Notes: generated by a model from the sequence alone, not told the origin. A DNA stretch of 64,000 nucleotides from an uncultured virus (IMG/VR IMGVR_UViG_3300037504_000379) (IMGVR_UViG_3300037504_000379), one strand, 5' to 3'. Positions 31,486 to 41,370 are shown, counted from the first letter of the stretch. Program-made: numbers and translations.

Positions 31486-33738
31486 CTACCCATAACTGCG
31501 CTTCCTAAATATCCCGCTAACATCCATGCCAAGGGTCTGTCCCCTCACCTCGTTTCGTTTAACTAAAATATCCTGTCCATATAATGCTCCTGCAACAGCC
31601 GTAAAAAGGTCATAGTTAGTCATATCATCAAGACCTCTTATTTCACTTACCTCTCTCAGTATTTCTTCGTGTTCACAATACAATCCATGTTTGCTAACCC
31701 AATCCCTAACATGATTAAATAATTCTTGTTTGTTTGTAGATGTATAAAAGCCAGGGACACTATTTTTCTTTCCTGTTGTTTTGTTTGTTCCATAAAGGAG
31801 ATAACCATGATACTTCCATCTTTCAAAATCTATTTGTACATGATTAACATTATTCTCTGGATAACAATAAGCTCCGTAATAAACACACGTCTTCAGCATA
31901 TCTTCTGAAAACTTGTCAGTAGAACCTGGACGTGCCAAATAAGTACAAACAAACCTCTCAGTATCCCAATCCTTCACATCCTTATCCAGCGTATCAACTA
32001 AGTTATTTTTTACTTTCAGCACAGCACCACCACCATCTGACATTCTACCACCTTCAGTTTTCTCTGCCCTATAAGCATCTGCACCTAATATATATTTATT
32101 CCCATTATTTGGTCTATAAATATTACGTTGCTTAAAAAACTTATTCGTATCACTAGACTGTAAAATTTCTGACACATTCCAACGTCCTTCTTTATTAGGA
32201 ACAAATGTTACGCCTTTCGACCAATCACTGCTGTCTTTCCATTCAAAATTGCCCCGTATCACCGTACTTTTTTCTTCCATCTGAAGCTCACCTATACGGG
32301 TCTCTACAATATGACGATCAAAAAATTCACCCTTAGCAGGAGGAGTAAAGGCTTCTCTAAAGCTCATAGGCTCTAATCTCTTATAGCTAATTAAGCCCTT
32401 AATATCGCCTTTCTTTTCAAGCTCCTTCCTTCGGGAATTAAGATATTCCTTTGCCCCCATTATGTCGCCTTTGCTATTCTTAATAGCTTTAGACATATAA
32501 GGAACCTGCTCCGGCGTTGGTGTATCTATTATACTCTCCCCAAACTTGCCAACAAAAAACTTCCCATCGTAAGCAGGAAAAAAAACATTCACAAGACCAC
32601 TAATCGTACTACCCGTATCATCTCTATCTTGAAAATGTGAGTTCTTTGAAAGTTCTAAAAATTCCTTACCAGCAGACTTATCCATCTCCTCTACTGTAGT
32701 AGTATAGAACATAAAGCCCTGTCTTACTTCCATACATTTAAGAAGAACATCATGCCTATCCTTTACACTCTCCCTAGGGTCAAGCTTACCCGCCTCATCA
32801 ACTAATATATAATTGAGGTTTTCCTTATCATAAAAATGCCTGTAAATAGTTGAGGCATAATCCAACATTGCATCAATACCATACTCAGGATTTTGACTCT
32901 TCCACTCCAATCTTTCTTGTGGATCATGGTTATAAGTCGTAGGCTTAAAAAAGAAAGGAAGCCTTTTGTGTGGAAGCACTACCTTGTTTTTAAAAATAGA
33001 AGCACTACCATCGCCACTCTCTGCCTGAATACCACTCTTCCCTTCCTGGGTTCTCATGGTTCGATTAGTAATAATAGAACAAGCTTTAGAAGTTTCTCCT
33101 ACCTGCCTACTCTTTACATTATTACTTCCCATAATAGTACGAGAACCTTTGTCCTCCATAACAAGAGTACCGTCCGAGTTATACATGAGATGTCCCTGCC
33201 TATTTCGCTTAGGAGCTTCCGTGGTGTTCATTAGATAATATTGTGCCAAAAACCACCTTCTGTCCCTGTCACGATAATCCGGCTTACCATACTGTTCTAA
33301 GTGCCAGTGGTTAATATAAAACCAATGATCTCCTGAAATCCACGTAGGCTTTCCATTAATAAAATACCACTTTCCATAAAGACGATAATACCACTGCTCA
33401 CGTATCCACTCTATCTCCTGCCTATACTTATCAAAATCGCTATAAAGCCTTTTCCAAATTTCTTCGTGAACAACCTGTTCTTTCCTATTTATAGACTGCA
33501 AATCAGTTCGTCTATAAACCTCATCGCGAATCTCCTTTTCCAAATACTCAAGCTTTCTGGGATAAACCTCCTTGGTCACTACCTGATCATTAGGCATAAG
33601 TCCATATCCATGAACTTTCTCTATCTGCTTTGGCATAGGTAGCTTAACCCTAAAAGGAATAAGGTCTTTATCATCAACATTGATATAAGCATATTGATCT
33701 GGTTCCCTGTATTGTCTTACTGCTCCCCGCTTAACCAT
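31486..33738 (-). CDS. terminase large subunit
   Basis: KSRQVGET Walker-A-like motif, ILVDEAGK Walker B, LGADAY RNase-H motif, YYGA..YPENN. Confidence 0.9.
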   Translation of the reverse strand: MVKRGAVRQYREPDQYAYINVDDKDLIPFRVKLPMPKQIEKVHGYGLMPNDQVVTKEVYPRKLEYLEKEIRDEVYRRTDLQSINRKEQVVHEEIWKRLYSDFDKYRQEIEWIREQWYYRLYGKWYFINGKPTWISGDHWFYINHWHLEQYGKPDYRDRDRRWFLAQYYLMNTTEAPKRNRQGHLMYNSDGTLVMEDKGSRTIMGSNNVKSRQVGETSKACSIITNRTMRTQEGKSGIQAESGDGSASIFKNKVVLPHKRLPFFFKPTTYNHDPQERLEWKSQNPEYGIDAMLDYASTIYRHFYDKENLNYILVDEAGKLDPRESVKDRHDVLLKCMEVRQGFMFYTTTVEEMDKSAGKEFLELSKNSHFQDRDDTGSTISGLVNVFFPAYDGKFFVGKFGESIIDTPTPEQVPYMSKAIKNSKGDIMGAKEYLNSRRKELEKKGDIKGLISYKRLEPMSFREAFTPPAKGEFFDRHIVETRIGELQMEEKSTVIRGNFEWKDSSDWSKGVTFVPNKEGRWNVSEILQSSDTNKFFKQRNIYRPNNGNKYILGADAYRAEKTEGGRMSDGGGAVLKVKNNLVDTLDKDVKDWDTERFVCTYLARPGSTDKFSEDMLKTCVYYGAYCYPENNVNHVQIDFERWKYHGYLLYGTNKTTGKKNSVPGFYTSTNKQELFNHVRDWVSKHGLYCEHEEILREVSEIRGLDDMTNYDLFTAVAGALYGQDILVKRNEVRGQTLGMDVSGIFRKRSYG

Positions 33739-34363
33739 CTATACCTTCTTCAAATAAATCAGGATTCTGACTTAACTCTTTAGCTATATTATCTGGATGT
33801 AAATTCTCTTTCTCCATATCAAGAGCACGATACAACTGTTTCTTCAGCTCCATTGTCTCTCTACCACCAAATATTTTCTCCGTAAGTTGACTAATCGTCT
33901 CCTTAATATTGTTTAAAGCATTCACGGATTGCGGAGAAATACCTTTTATGAATTGTTCTCTACCAAATCTACCAAACATCTCCCAATAAATGATAAGTTG
34001 TAAATAATCTTCATTATAAAAATTCATAACATAACGAACAATCATCTTATTTACAACATCGTTGTTCCCTATCATTGCATCTGCAATCTCTTCTTTAAAC
34101 TTACCAGTCTTAGCGTTTCTCTTGAATCCAGCCATCATGGCTGCATTAGCCTTACGCTTAAAATAATCGCTATATTCAATCCGCAAAGGAGACTGAATGT
34201 CGTATTGCAGTACGATAAACTTTAAGAGCTTCTTACGATAATTATTCAGCTTTTCCAAGTCTTCCTGAAAATCAGAATGACTGTTTTTCAACTTTTCTAT
34301 CTCCGTGTCTTTTGTAGGATCATACAAAAAAACACTCCCGTCAATATCGCCTATCTTTTTCAT
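33731..34363 (-). CDS. putative terminase small subunit
   Basis: Overlaps the terL start; ATG at 34363 lies downstream of a TACCTTTG motif (34387-34394). Confidence 0.5.
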   Translation of the reverse strand: MKKIGDIDGSVFLYDPTKDTEIEKLKNSHSDFQEDLEKLNNYRKKLLKFIVLQYDIQSPLRIEYSDYFKRKANAAMMAGFKRNAKTGKFKEEIADAMIGNNDVVNKMIVRYVMNFYNEDYLQLIIYWEMFGRFGREQFIKGISPQSVNALNNIKETISQLTEKIFGGRETMELKKQLYRALDMEKENLHPDNIAKELSQNPDLFEEGIDG

Positions 34364-34456
34364 ATATGTGTAAGGTTTCTTACAGACAAAGGTAATAAAA
34401 ACTAAAAAGCCAACTATCAATTAAGACAGTTGGCTAATAGTTAGTAGATTTGGAGA

Positions 34457-34897
34457 TTATGCAGAAGCAGAAGTTGAGCTTTCAGATTCAATATCAGCTA
34501 TTTTCTCTACTGTAAGATATTGTAGTACACCAAATGCACCGTTCTCAAAGAATACCCTACCATAGCTTCCATCATCATACGCCATAACCAATCGGTTGGC
34601 ATCAATATTAACATCTTCATCCCATGCTTCATCATTTACGCCTCTAAACTTAACCCTTAAATTAAGCCTGCGCTTTGCCATAGCTTCATTGAAGTGATCT
34701 TCAAAGGTCGTATAATTCTCCGCAGTTTCATACTTCACTGCCTTGCGTCTTCGGTCTTCTGTCTCAATGTAATAAAAGACCGTTCTGCTGTTGTCACTGT
34801 CATAGTAAAAATTACCAACCTTCTCGGTATTGAGAAGATATGTTCTACTGTGCGCTTTGTCATCACGGTAAGTTACCGCTACACTAAATAATGCCAT
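34457..34897 (-). CDS. hypothetical protein
   Basis: 146-aa ORF with TAnnTTTG at 34930-34937. Confidence 0.7.
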   Translation of the reverse strand: MALFSVAVTYRDDKAHSRTYLLNTEKVGNFYYDSDNSRTVFYYIETEDRRRKAVKYETAENYTTFEDHFNEAMAKRRLNLRVKFRGVNDEAWDEDVNIDANRLVMAYDDGSYGRVFFENGAFGVLQYLTVEKIADIESESSTSASA

Positions 34898-34949
34898 AAT
34901 TTTATGTTTTTAGGAGTTAAACCTATCCGCAAAGATAAAGACTTAACAC

Positions 34950-35627
34950 TTACCTATTTTGCCTCCAGTATTCAAATAACCTATCTGTGCCCCCCCGCTG
35001 TTTTTTCTGATAAGGTCGCCACACATTCTGTGTTATAGGATCAAACACACTACCTATCTCTAAAATAGTAAGAGAATCATCAAGCTCAAACCATTCCTTA
35101 GCAAGTATCCTTCCAAGTGGGCCACAAGAAATAAGCACCAAACTACCCGCTGGTATCTTCTCGTTTCTTATTTTATTATACTCTTTAAAGCTATCTCTAT
35201 GCAATGTAACAATATGCTTGTCTACATTAAAAGGTAGCTTTTCTATCTTATGTTTACTGCTACCAACCCACGCAACACTGTCAAATTTATCGGCATTACC
35301 AGTTATTCCCCTCAATGCATTAATCCAATTATCGTCATGGAATACCACCGATGAGGTAATATTCTCATAGTCTCCCACTATCATCTCTGCATTCTTATAA
35401 GCTTCCTTAAACTTCTTATCCGGCATTCCCACAAAATAATCATGATGTCTGTAAGTCATTGCTTCAAGAAGCTTTATTTTTAATCTGGAAGATGCTCTTT
35501 GATCTCCACGGCTAACAACACTATGAGTCCCCAGGATAACACCCATCTCCCCATCATTAAATCTACTGACAGCAAACGGTTCTCTCTTGCTTAATTTATT
35601 CACAAAATATTCTAAACTATAATTCAT
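34950..35627 (-). CDS. GT-D fold (DUF1792-like) glycosyltransferase
   Basis: SRFNDGE, LISCGPLGRILA, LEIGSVFD. Confidence 0.7.
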   Translation of the reverse strand: MNYSLEYFVNKLSKREPFAVSRFNDGEMGVILGTHSVVSRGDQRASSRLKIKLLEAMTYRHHDYFVGMPDKKFKEAYKNAEMIVGDYENITSSVVFHDDNWINALRGITGNADKFDSVAWVGSSKHKIEKLPFNVDKHIVTLHRDSFKEYNKIRNEKIPAGSLVLISCGPLGRILAKEWFELDDSLTILEIGSVFDPITQNVWRPYQKKQRGGTDRLFEYWRQNR

Positions 35628-36309
35628 ATATCTTTGGTCTTTTTATTAAATCAATTCTATCTCTAAACACTTTCTTTATATTCTTAGACGCTCTCTTCTG
35701 CCTGTAAATATTAAACTTATCCAACACATCCCTTTGATATGTTATCCAATTCTCTGGTTTTTTAATAAGCATTACAGGAAACTTCTGTCTTTGAGTCTTA
35801 TGAAAAACACTTACATCAACCATATTCCTATACTCTAACTCGTCCGTAGAAAGATTAAATGTTGGCTGATGAAAAGCCATAACACCCGTTCCACCCATCA
35901 TAATAAACCTATCTTCGGGATGCCACTGATCAAACCTATTGCGTTGCTTCAATACCCTCACCCTGTCAAAAGGCTTGATGTTTCCACCATGAGAAGTAAG
36001 AACAACACGCCTTCCATACTTTTCAAATTTATCCATATACGCCTTAACATAATTATCTGGATAAATAAGATCATCATCGCAGCTAAAATAATGCCCTCCA
36101 CACTCCTCTACTTTATAATACTTCATTCTTGCACCCTGATTTCGTTCTAATAAATAAAAATTGATTTTGCTATCCATAAGAAATCCGGGAACCTTGTCAT
36201 ACCCATTCAATACAATATGAAAACAATCAAACTGATCATAAAGACTGTCAAGCGTAACTTTCAAGTTTTCCTGTCTCTCAAACAAACTTGCTATTCCACA
36301 TTCTACCAT
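35617..36309 (-). CDS. GT-A (GT2-like) glycosyltransferase
   Basis: FSCDDDLIYPDNYV, GGTGVMAF, NMVDV. Confidence 0.8.
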   Translation of the reverse strand: MVECGIASLFERQENLKVTLDSLYDQFDCFHIVLNGYDKVPGFLMDSKINFYLLERNQGARMKYYKVEECGGHYFSCDDDLIYPDNYVKAYMDKFEKYGRRVVLTSHGGNIKPFDRVRVLKQRNRFDQWHPEDRFIMMGGTGVMAFHQPTFNLSTDELEYRNMVDVSVFHKTQRQKFPVMLIKKPENWITYQRDVLDKFNIYRQKRASKNIKKVFRDRIDLIKRPKIYEL

Positions 36310-37022
36310 TTAAATTGATTTATCATTTTATCGTTATAATCTACCTTAGCTCCCTTCTTCCAATTAATCTTTGTAAGGGAGTCTACCCTATGAAGGGGTC
36401 TTCTATCAGTCAATTGAACCGTTCTTACATCTGCCCCCAATATACACAATCTCTCTATCCCTTTGCTGTGAAGATAACCACTTGTCCATATATCATCTAC
36501 GTATCTACTATAATCATAATATCGATAATTGAAGAAATCATCCCCAAAGAATGAACGTCTGTAAAGCACTCCGTGAACACCTGTTGCAATATCTACAACA
36601 CCTCGATTCTTCCCCCTAACAAGAATTGACCTCCTGTACGAAAGTCTTCTGCCTTTATCGTACCTAAACTTTCTTCCCCGATAACATATAGCCTTATTGG
36701 GATGAGCATGTGATGCTTCCAATAGCCCCTCTGCCCATCCATCTGGGTAAATCATATCATCATCTGCCGTAATAATTCTGTCTACATCATAAAGACTAAG
36801 TGCCGGATAGAGCTTCGTAATACTACCTTCATCCTCTACCCTTCTTATCCTTATCCTATCATGTTTTAGAAATTTAGGAAAACTATCTATTGATCCTTGC
36901 GGTCTGTCATAATCTTTCCCTATCCACAAATAGATAAGCATATTTTGCCTCAGTAAGCTATCTATACAAGGCTTTATATGCTCAATCCTTTTAGGGATAG
37001 TTGTTAAACTAATAATATCCAT
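36303..37022 (-). CDS. GT-A (GT2-like) glycosyltransferase
   Basis: ISLTTIPKRI, ITADDDMIYP, GVHGVLY, DDIW. Confidence 0.8.
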   Translation of the reverse strand: MDIISLTTIPKRIEHIKPCIDSLLRQNMLIYLWIGKDYDRPQGSIDSFPKFLKHDRIRIRRVEDEGSITKLYPALSLYDVDRIITADDDMIYPDGWAEGLLEASHAHPNKAICYRGRKFRYDKGRRLSYRRSILVRGKNRGVVDIATGVHGVLYRRSFFGDDFFNYRYYDYSRYVDDIWTSGYLHSKGIERLCILGADVRTVQLTDRRPLHRVDSLTKINWKKGAKVDYNDKMINQFKW

Positions 37023-37728
37023 TTTTCAAATCCTCCAAATTAAAACCAAACATTTCTTTATTCAATTCATCCACCTCCTCGGTAATGTGCTTGTCAAATA
37101 ATTTATGACTACGATAATCCCGCCAGCGATCTAACACATCAAGATTTCTGGCATCGCTAACTTTCTGGAAAGAGCTTCCTCCCCCAAATTTAGTCACATT
37201 CTTTATGCCATAGTCCTTATTTTCAAAACCAAGCGACCTGCCAATAAGATCACGATATTCCCTGTCAATAAACCAAAGGTTGTAATTAATAAAATGCAAT
37301 TTGCTCGCTGTAACGTAGTCCGTCCTGCCTAATACCTCCAGACAATATTCTTTCCACCTGTCAACTCTTTTGCGGATGACAGTATCAGTATTTTTAGGAG
37401 TTGACTTAATAGAACTAGCCACCATATTATATACATCCCTAAGTGGAATAAGGGTTTTGATATATCCTGTCGTGAAAGGAGACTGGAGAATATTCATATG
37501 CTGATTTATATTAATATCCTCAAAGTTGTAAATGGTAAGGTCTTTCTTTGTTTTGCCTCCAAAAACAATCTCTTTCCGCTTACCCCTATACCGCTTAATA
37601 CCCTGAACAAATAATCTCCACTGAACATCATTATGGAAAATAAGCCCATTATCCATATTTCTCCCTATCCACTCTATTATAGCATGATGTCCGCTTCTCT
37701 TTGTACTAAAAACCAATATTGTTTTCAT
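37009..37728 (-). CDS. sulfotransferase-like P-loop protein
   Basis: KRSGHHAI (5'-PSB-like) and LRDVYNMVASS (3'-PB-like). Confidence 0.6.
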   Translation of the reverse strand: MKTILVFSTKRSGHHAIIEWIGRNMDNGLIFHNDVQWRLFVQGIKRYRGKRKEIVFGGKTKKDLTIYNFEDININQHMNILQSPFTTGYIKTLIPLRDVYNMVASSIKSTPKNTDTVIRKRVDRWKEYCLEVLGRTDYVTASKLHFINYNLWFIDREYRDLIGRSLGFENKDYGIKNVTKFGGGSSFQKVSDARNLDVLDRWRDYRSHKLFDKHITEEVDELNKEMFGFNLEDLKNGYY

Positions 37729-38555
37729 TTTTCAAATTTAGACTTTTCTGCAAACTTCTTCCCCGTCCATTGTTTTATAGGATTGGCTCGCATTCCCATG
37801 TCGTTATAGTTCATCCACAACTTGTCCTCTGCAAACCTGTCAATCTGTTCTACTGTTTTTGCCTCAAATGAGCCTGGTTGCTTACTCCTTCCTTCTCCAT
37901 AGAACCCAAGCTTAATATCATTTTTCTTATCCATCGTATATAATGGCTCATCATAATACAGGTTTCCATAAAGAGTGGAGGGAGCGTAAGGTATTATCTG
38001 TTGCTTTACAGGATAAGTCTCAAACATCTCTCTTAGCTTAGTCTTACTAAACATACGTGGAAGATGTGTCTCATAATCATATAGCGGTCTTCCTTTTTCT
38101 CTTAAAAGTTCAAAAGCCTTATTGACCGTCCTACTCCATTTATTCCCCCTTCGATCATAAGACTTCTTATAATCGTAATAGTTTTTCATAGCCACCCATT
38201 GTGATATGTCCGCAAAGGAATAAACATCCTGGAGCAAAACCTGATCGTCATAGCACCATAAAACATCCTCGTCAACTTCATCATCCCTTGACACCATATC
38301 CAACTTATTGAGCGTATCAAAATAATTCTCATACTGCTTCTTCCCTTTCCAATATTTAAGGGCTTTACCAGGATACTGTCTTTTTACCTGCCTACTGTTA
38401 ACACTGTCAGGATTAAGCCAGTCAGGAAAAACATTATAATAAATCTTAACATTAAAGGGAATTTTCAGGTGCTTGTCCAGTGAACGAAGGAAGTATTTTA
38501 GCTCTTGGTGTCCTATCCATTCACTTTCTTTGTGGAGCGGAATTGCTATCGTCAT
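37725..38555 (-). CDS. Stealth-like sugar-phosphotransferase / glycosyltransferase
   Basis: ELKYFLRSLDKH, PDWLN, YDD, YETHLP motifs. Confidence 0.6.
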   Translation of the reverse strand: MTIAIPLHKESEWIGHQELKYFLRSLDKHLKIPFNVKIYYNVFPDWLNPDSVNSRQVKRQYPGKALKYWKGKKQYENYFDTLNKLDMVSRDDEVDEDVLWCYDDQVLLQDVYSFADISQWVAMKNYYDYKKSYDRRGNKWSRTVNKAFELLREKGRPLYDYETHLPRMFSKTKLREMFETYPVKQQIIPYAPSTLYGNLYYDEPLYTMDKKNDIKLGFYGEGRSKQPGSFEAKTVEQIDRFAEDKLWMNYNDMGMRANPIKQWTGKKFAEKSKFEK

Positions 38556-38595
38556 ATTTATCTTATTTAATACAGCATGAATGTACTTTCAGTGA

Positions 38596-38603
38596 CAAAT
38601 ATA
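38596..38603 (-). promoter_or_regulatory. Bacteroidota -7 promoter element (TAnnTTTG), representative of a set
   Basis: Same octamer sits upstream of operons on the minus strand at 7016, 14365, 20601, 21918, 24714, 31454, 34387, 34930 and on the plus strand at 38671, 39011, 41919, 49430, 52140, 56905. Confidence 0.75.
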
Positions 38604-38814
38604 AAGATTTCTGAATAGTTTTTTTTTTAGATATTATTGGATAATATTTGGATATTTGATTATTTTTTATTATATTTGAATCGTGTTTTCATAATTAAGT
38701 AAGTTTTATGGGTTTAAGCAGTTCGCAGATTTCATATTGTATAATTCTTTTCTTTTGTAATTCATTCTCTGCGGGCTGCTTTTTTATAAGACAATCAACT
38801 TTAAACTACACATA

Positions 38815-38991
38815 ATGAGAAAAAAGAAAGAAACATTTGACAAGTATTTAGTGGTTTACCTGTCAAAAGACAAACAAACCAAACAGATGGTTAACCCATC
38901 AGGAGAGTTTGAGCCAAGTATGAGCAACTGGCAAGGACTAGTGTCAAGTATTAATGGTGGCGTTAATTATGGTTTTAAAATTAAAGGATAA
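38815..38991 (+). CDS. hypothetical protein (58 aa)
   Basis: Hand-translated MRKKKETFDKYLVVYLSKDKQTKQMVNPSGEFEPS... Confidence 0.5.
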   Translation: MRKKKETFDKYLVVYLSKDKQTKQMVNPSGEFEPSMSNWQGLVSSINGGVNYGFKIKG

Positions 38992-39036
38992 TCAATTAAT
39001 TTTATTTTTGTATATTTGTAGCTGAATCATAAGCAC

Positions 39037-39147
39037 GAGGGGCGCGAAATGTTAATAAGCAAAAATTTTAGTACAACAACAATAATCGCCAATTGGCTAA
39101 AGGCTCAAGGTTTTTTAGGTTCGCGCCTCTCCCTTGGGTCTTTTTTT
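39037..39147 (+). ncRNA. candidate structured RNA / attenuator
   Basis: Two interleaved 12-bp stems plus a U-tract, just downstream of a TATATTTG promoter motif. Confidence 0.4.
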
Positions 39148-39794
39148 ATGCTTATCCAGGCAATCGTGCCACAACAACCAAACTTTACACCGCCCTAACA
39201 TACAGCTTCAACCACAGTGAAGAGAAATGCACTGTGGAACTCGTTTAGCTGTATTCATAGAGTATAAACCAAACAGCCCCTTCAGTTGAGACAACCTGAA
39301 TAGCCGTTTAAGCACATTGGCAACTTGGTGCTTAAACATCCTGATGCGACCAAGAGAGCAACTCAGGAAGGCAGGGGCGAAGTTGCAAGGGCTTTTGTTC
39401 TTCGAAGACTTGTTTGTTGAGCCTAACCGAAAGGTTAAATTCAAAAGACGTAAACATCAGTTCTTTCTTTTCTTTTTTTAGGGGGTAGGGGGTTGTTTTT
39501 TTCTTTTCTTTCTTTCTGACTTGTTTACTTTGTGTTGTAATTAATAGAGTATAATAGTGAATTATATAATGTCCCCAAAGGAATAAGAGATAAATACACA
39601 TAATAGATTAATATATAAAGAAAAGGTATGATAATAGCTTTTCTTCCTTTGTGGACTATACAGAATTAATAATATTATTAACAGACTTATATATAATTAG
39701 ATAATATTATTAATTAGTAATAATAAAATTAAAGATAAGGGGGTGATATGGAGTTAACTGGCGTAAAACAAGATAAATTTTAAACACTTAAATT

Positions 39795-40136
39795 ATGATG
39801 ATAATTAATGCAGGTTCTGAAAACAAAGGAGGAACATTTAAACAAGCACAAATAAATGCTCAGGAGTGGCTGGAATTGATTCATGATGATGGTTTTCCTG
39901 AAGTTGAAATGAAATATATTAAAAGATATGACGATGGAGATTGGCTATTTTATTTTATACATCCGGTGACTAACAAGGTTGCCACATTAGAGATACATGG
40001 TTTTACGGAGGAAGAGTGTAATCAGTTTATGTTTCATCCGAGAGTTTATTGGAATGGTTCGTCAACTGCAAATCCTCGAATTGAAGATTGGCTGGAAGAA
40101 GGGTTTAAATTTAAAGTACAGTATTATCAGGAGTAA
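39795..40136 (+). CDS. hypothetical protein
   Basis: 113-aa ORF. Confidence 0.7.
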   Translation: MMIINAGSENKGGTFKQAQINAQEWLELIHDDGFPEVEMKYIKRYDDGDWLFYFIHPVTNKVATLEIHGFTEEECNQFMFHPRVYWNGSSTANPRIEDWLEEGFKFKVQYYQE

Positions 40137-40144
40137 TAAATAGT

Positions 40145-40351
40145 ATGATGAACAAATATAAACGAAAAGCAATATTCACAGAACTTGAGGGCTTTTGTCC
40201 TTTTGCGGATAAAGGAGATTATATAGAGGTAACAGAGTGGCACAACGGCGAAGGGTTTGATGTAGAAGTTTGTGGTAAACTGAGTTCAAGATTCCAACTT
40301 ACTTGGGGAGAATATGATGCTTTAAAAAAGGTAATTAAAAAGCTAAAGTGA
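40145..40351 (+). CDS. hypothetical phage protein
   Basis: DYIEVTEWHNGEGFDV motif. Confidence 0.7.
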   Translation: MMNKYKRKAIFTELEGFCPFADKGDYIEVTEWHNGEGFDVEVCGKLSSRFQLTWGEYDALKKVIKKLK

Positions 40352-40770
40352 GCTAACGGCTACTTATATGAGTAGTAGCCGATTTGAAATGCGAAACTTT
40401 AAAATAAATATAAATGTTAAACCGAGTGATAAGCCCTAATAATTGCACTACAACGGCTATTACTTATATAAATTGTTGTAGTGCGTTTTTTATATGAAAA
40501 CTTACAAATGGCACACACCAGAGGCACACTCTGATAATACCGAAACAATGAACGACTATTTAGATAACCACCTACCCGAATGTTTTAAGCCGATATTCCA
40601 AGATGGGACTTACGCTGAAATATGCAATAAAAACACAGGACAGATATTTGCAGTACACGCCTCTGGTGACGGTGATTTCTGCAACCACAAAGTAGAATTT
40701 GAGTTTATTCACTAAATGCACTACAACATCCGTATAAACAGAGTTTTAATTCTGTTTATATATTGTTAGC
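40352..40770 (+). mobile_element. hairpin-bounded gene cassette, locus C
   Basis: GCTAACGG 17-bp-arm hairpin, GTTGTAGTGC [ORF] GCACTACAAC, short hairpin, GTTAGC. Confidence 0.85.
40494..40715 (+). CDS. cassette cargo, hypothetical protein
   Basis: 73-aa ORF exactly filling the space between the inverted repeats. Confidence 0.75.
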   Translation: MKTYKWHTPEAHSDNTETMNDYLDNHLPECFKPIFQDGTYAEICNKNTGQIFAVHASGDGDFCNHKVEFEFIH

Positions 40771-40805
40771 GAACAATAATAAAATAATTTTTAAAAGGAG
40801 TAATT

Positions 40806-41288
40806 ATGAGTTTTAGTAAATTTACAAGACAAGTTATTTGGTTTGTTGTTCTTACTGGTGTATTAATAACATCATTTCTTTTGAATATGGGTTCTAATTT
40901 TAATGTTATAGTTTGGACAAGAGTTATACAGGTTATTGTTATTGCATCTTTGTTTATTTGGAGCATTGGTTTTACTGAAACGTTGAGATATGTTACTGCA
41001 TGGAGATATAAGATTGTAGTAGATCGTTTTGATGTTAAAGCAAAATACCTGACATCTTTTTGGCTGTTTATACCTTATTGGAGGCCTATTAACGAAAAAT
41101 TAGAAAGTATGGATATGCAAAACTTGTTTGGGGCAACACGTACCAGTTTTTATTCTACGGAGGTCACATATAGGAATAGGGATGATGCTATTCAGGCAGT
41201 CAATGAACATAAACAAGAAATAAAAGAAAATAGAGCTAAATGGCTTAAAAAGCCAAAGCCTGAAAAGAAAACAGTAGAGTATATGTAA
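40806..41288 (+). CDS. membrane protein
   Basis: Two N-terminal hydrophobic helices. Confidence 0.7.
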   Translation: MSFSKFTRQVIWFVVLTGVLITSFLLNMGSNFNVIVWTRVIQVIVIASLFIWSIGFTETLRYVTAWRYKIVVDRFDVKAKYLTSFWLFIPYWRPINEKLESMDMQNLFGATRTSFYSTEVTYRNRDDAIQAVNEHKQEIKENRAKWLKKPKPEKKTVEYM

Positions 41289-41294
41289 TTATAT

Positions 41295-41370
41295 GGGGTA
41301 TGTAGCTCAATTGGCTTAGAGCACCAGGTTGTGGTTCTGGAGGGTGCGGGTTCGAGTCCCGTCATACTCA
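41295..41370 (+). tRNA. tRNA-His (GTG)
   Basis: Cloverleaf: GGGTATG/CATACTC acceptor stem, TAGCTCAATTGG D-arm, CCAGG-TTGTGGT-TCTGG anticodon arm, GGTTCGAGTCC T-arm; G-1 present; no encoded CCA. Confidence 0.9.

Noticed and set aside
39332..39601. Low-complexity minus-strand ORF or possible replication origin
   Set aside because: Derived from T- and G-runs; no iterons or recognisable domain, so neither call can be supported.
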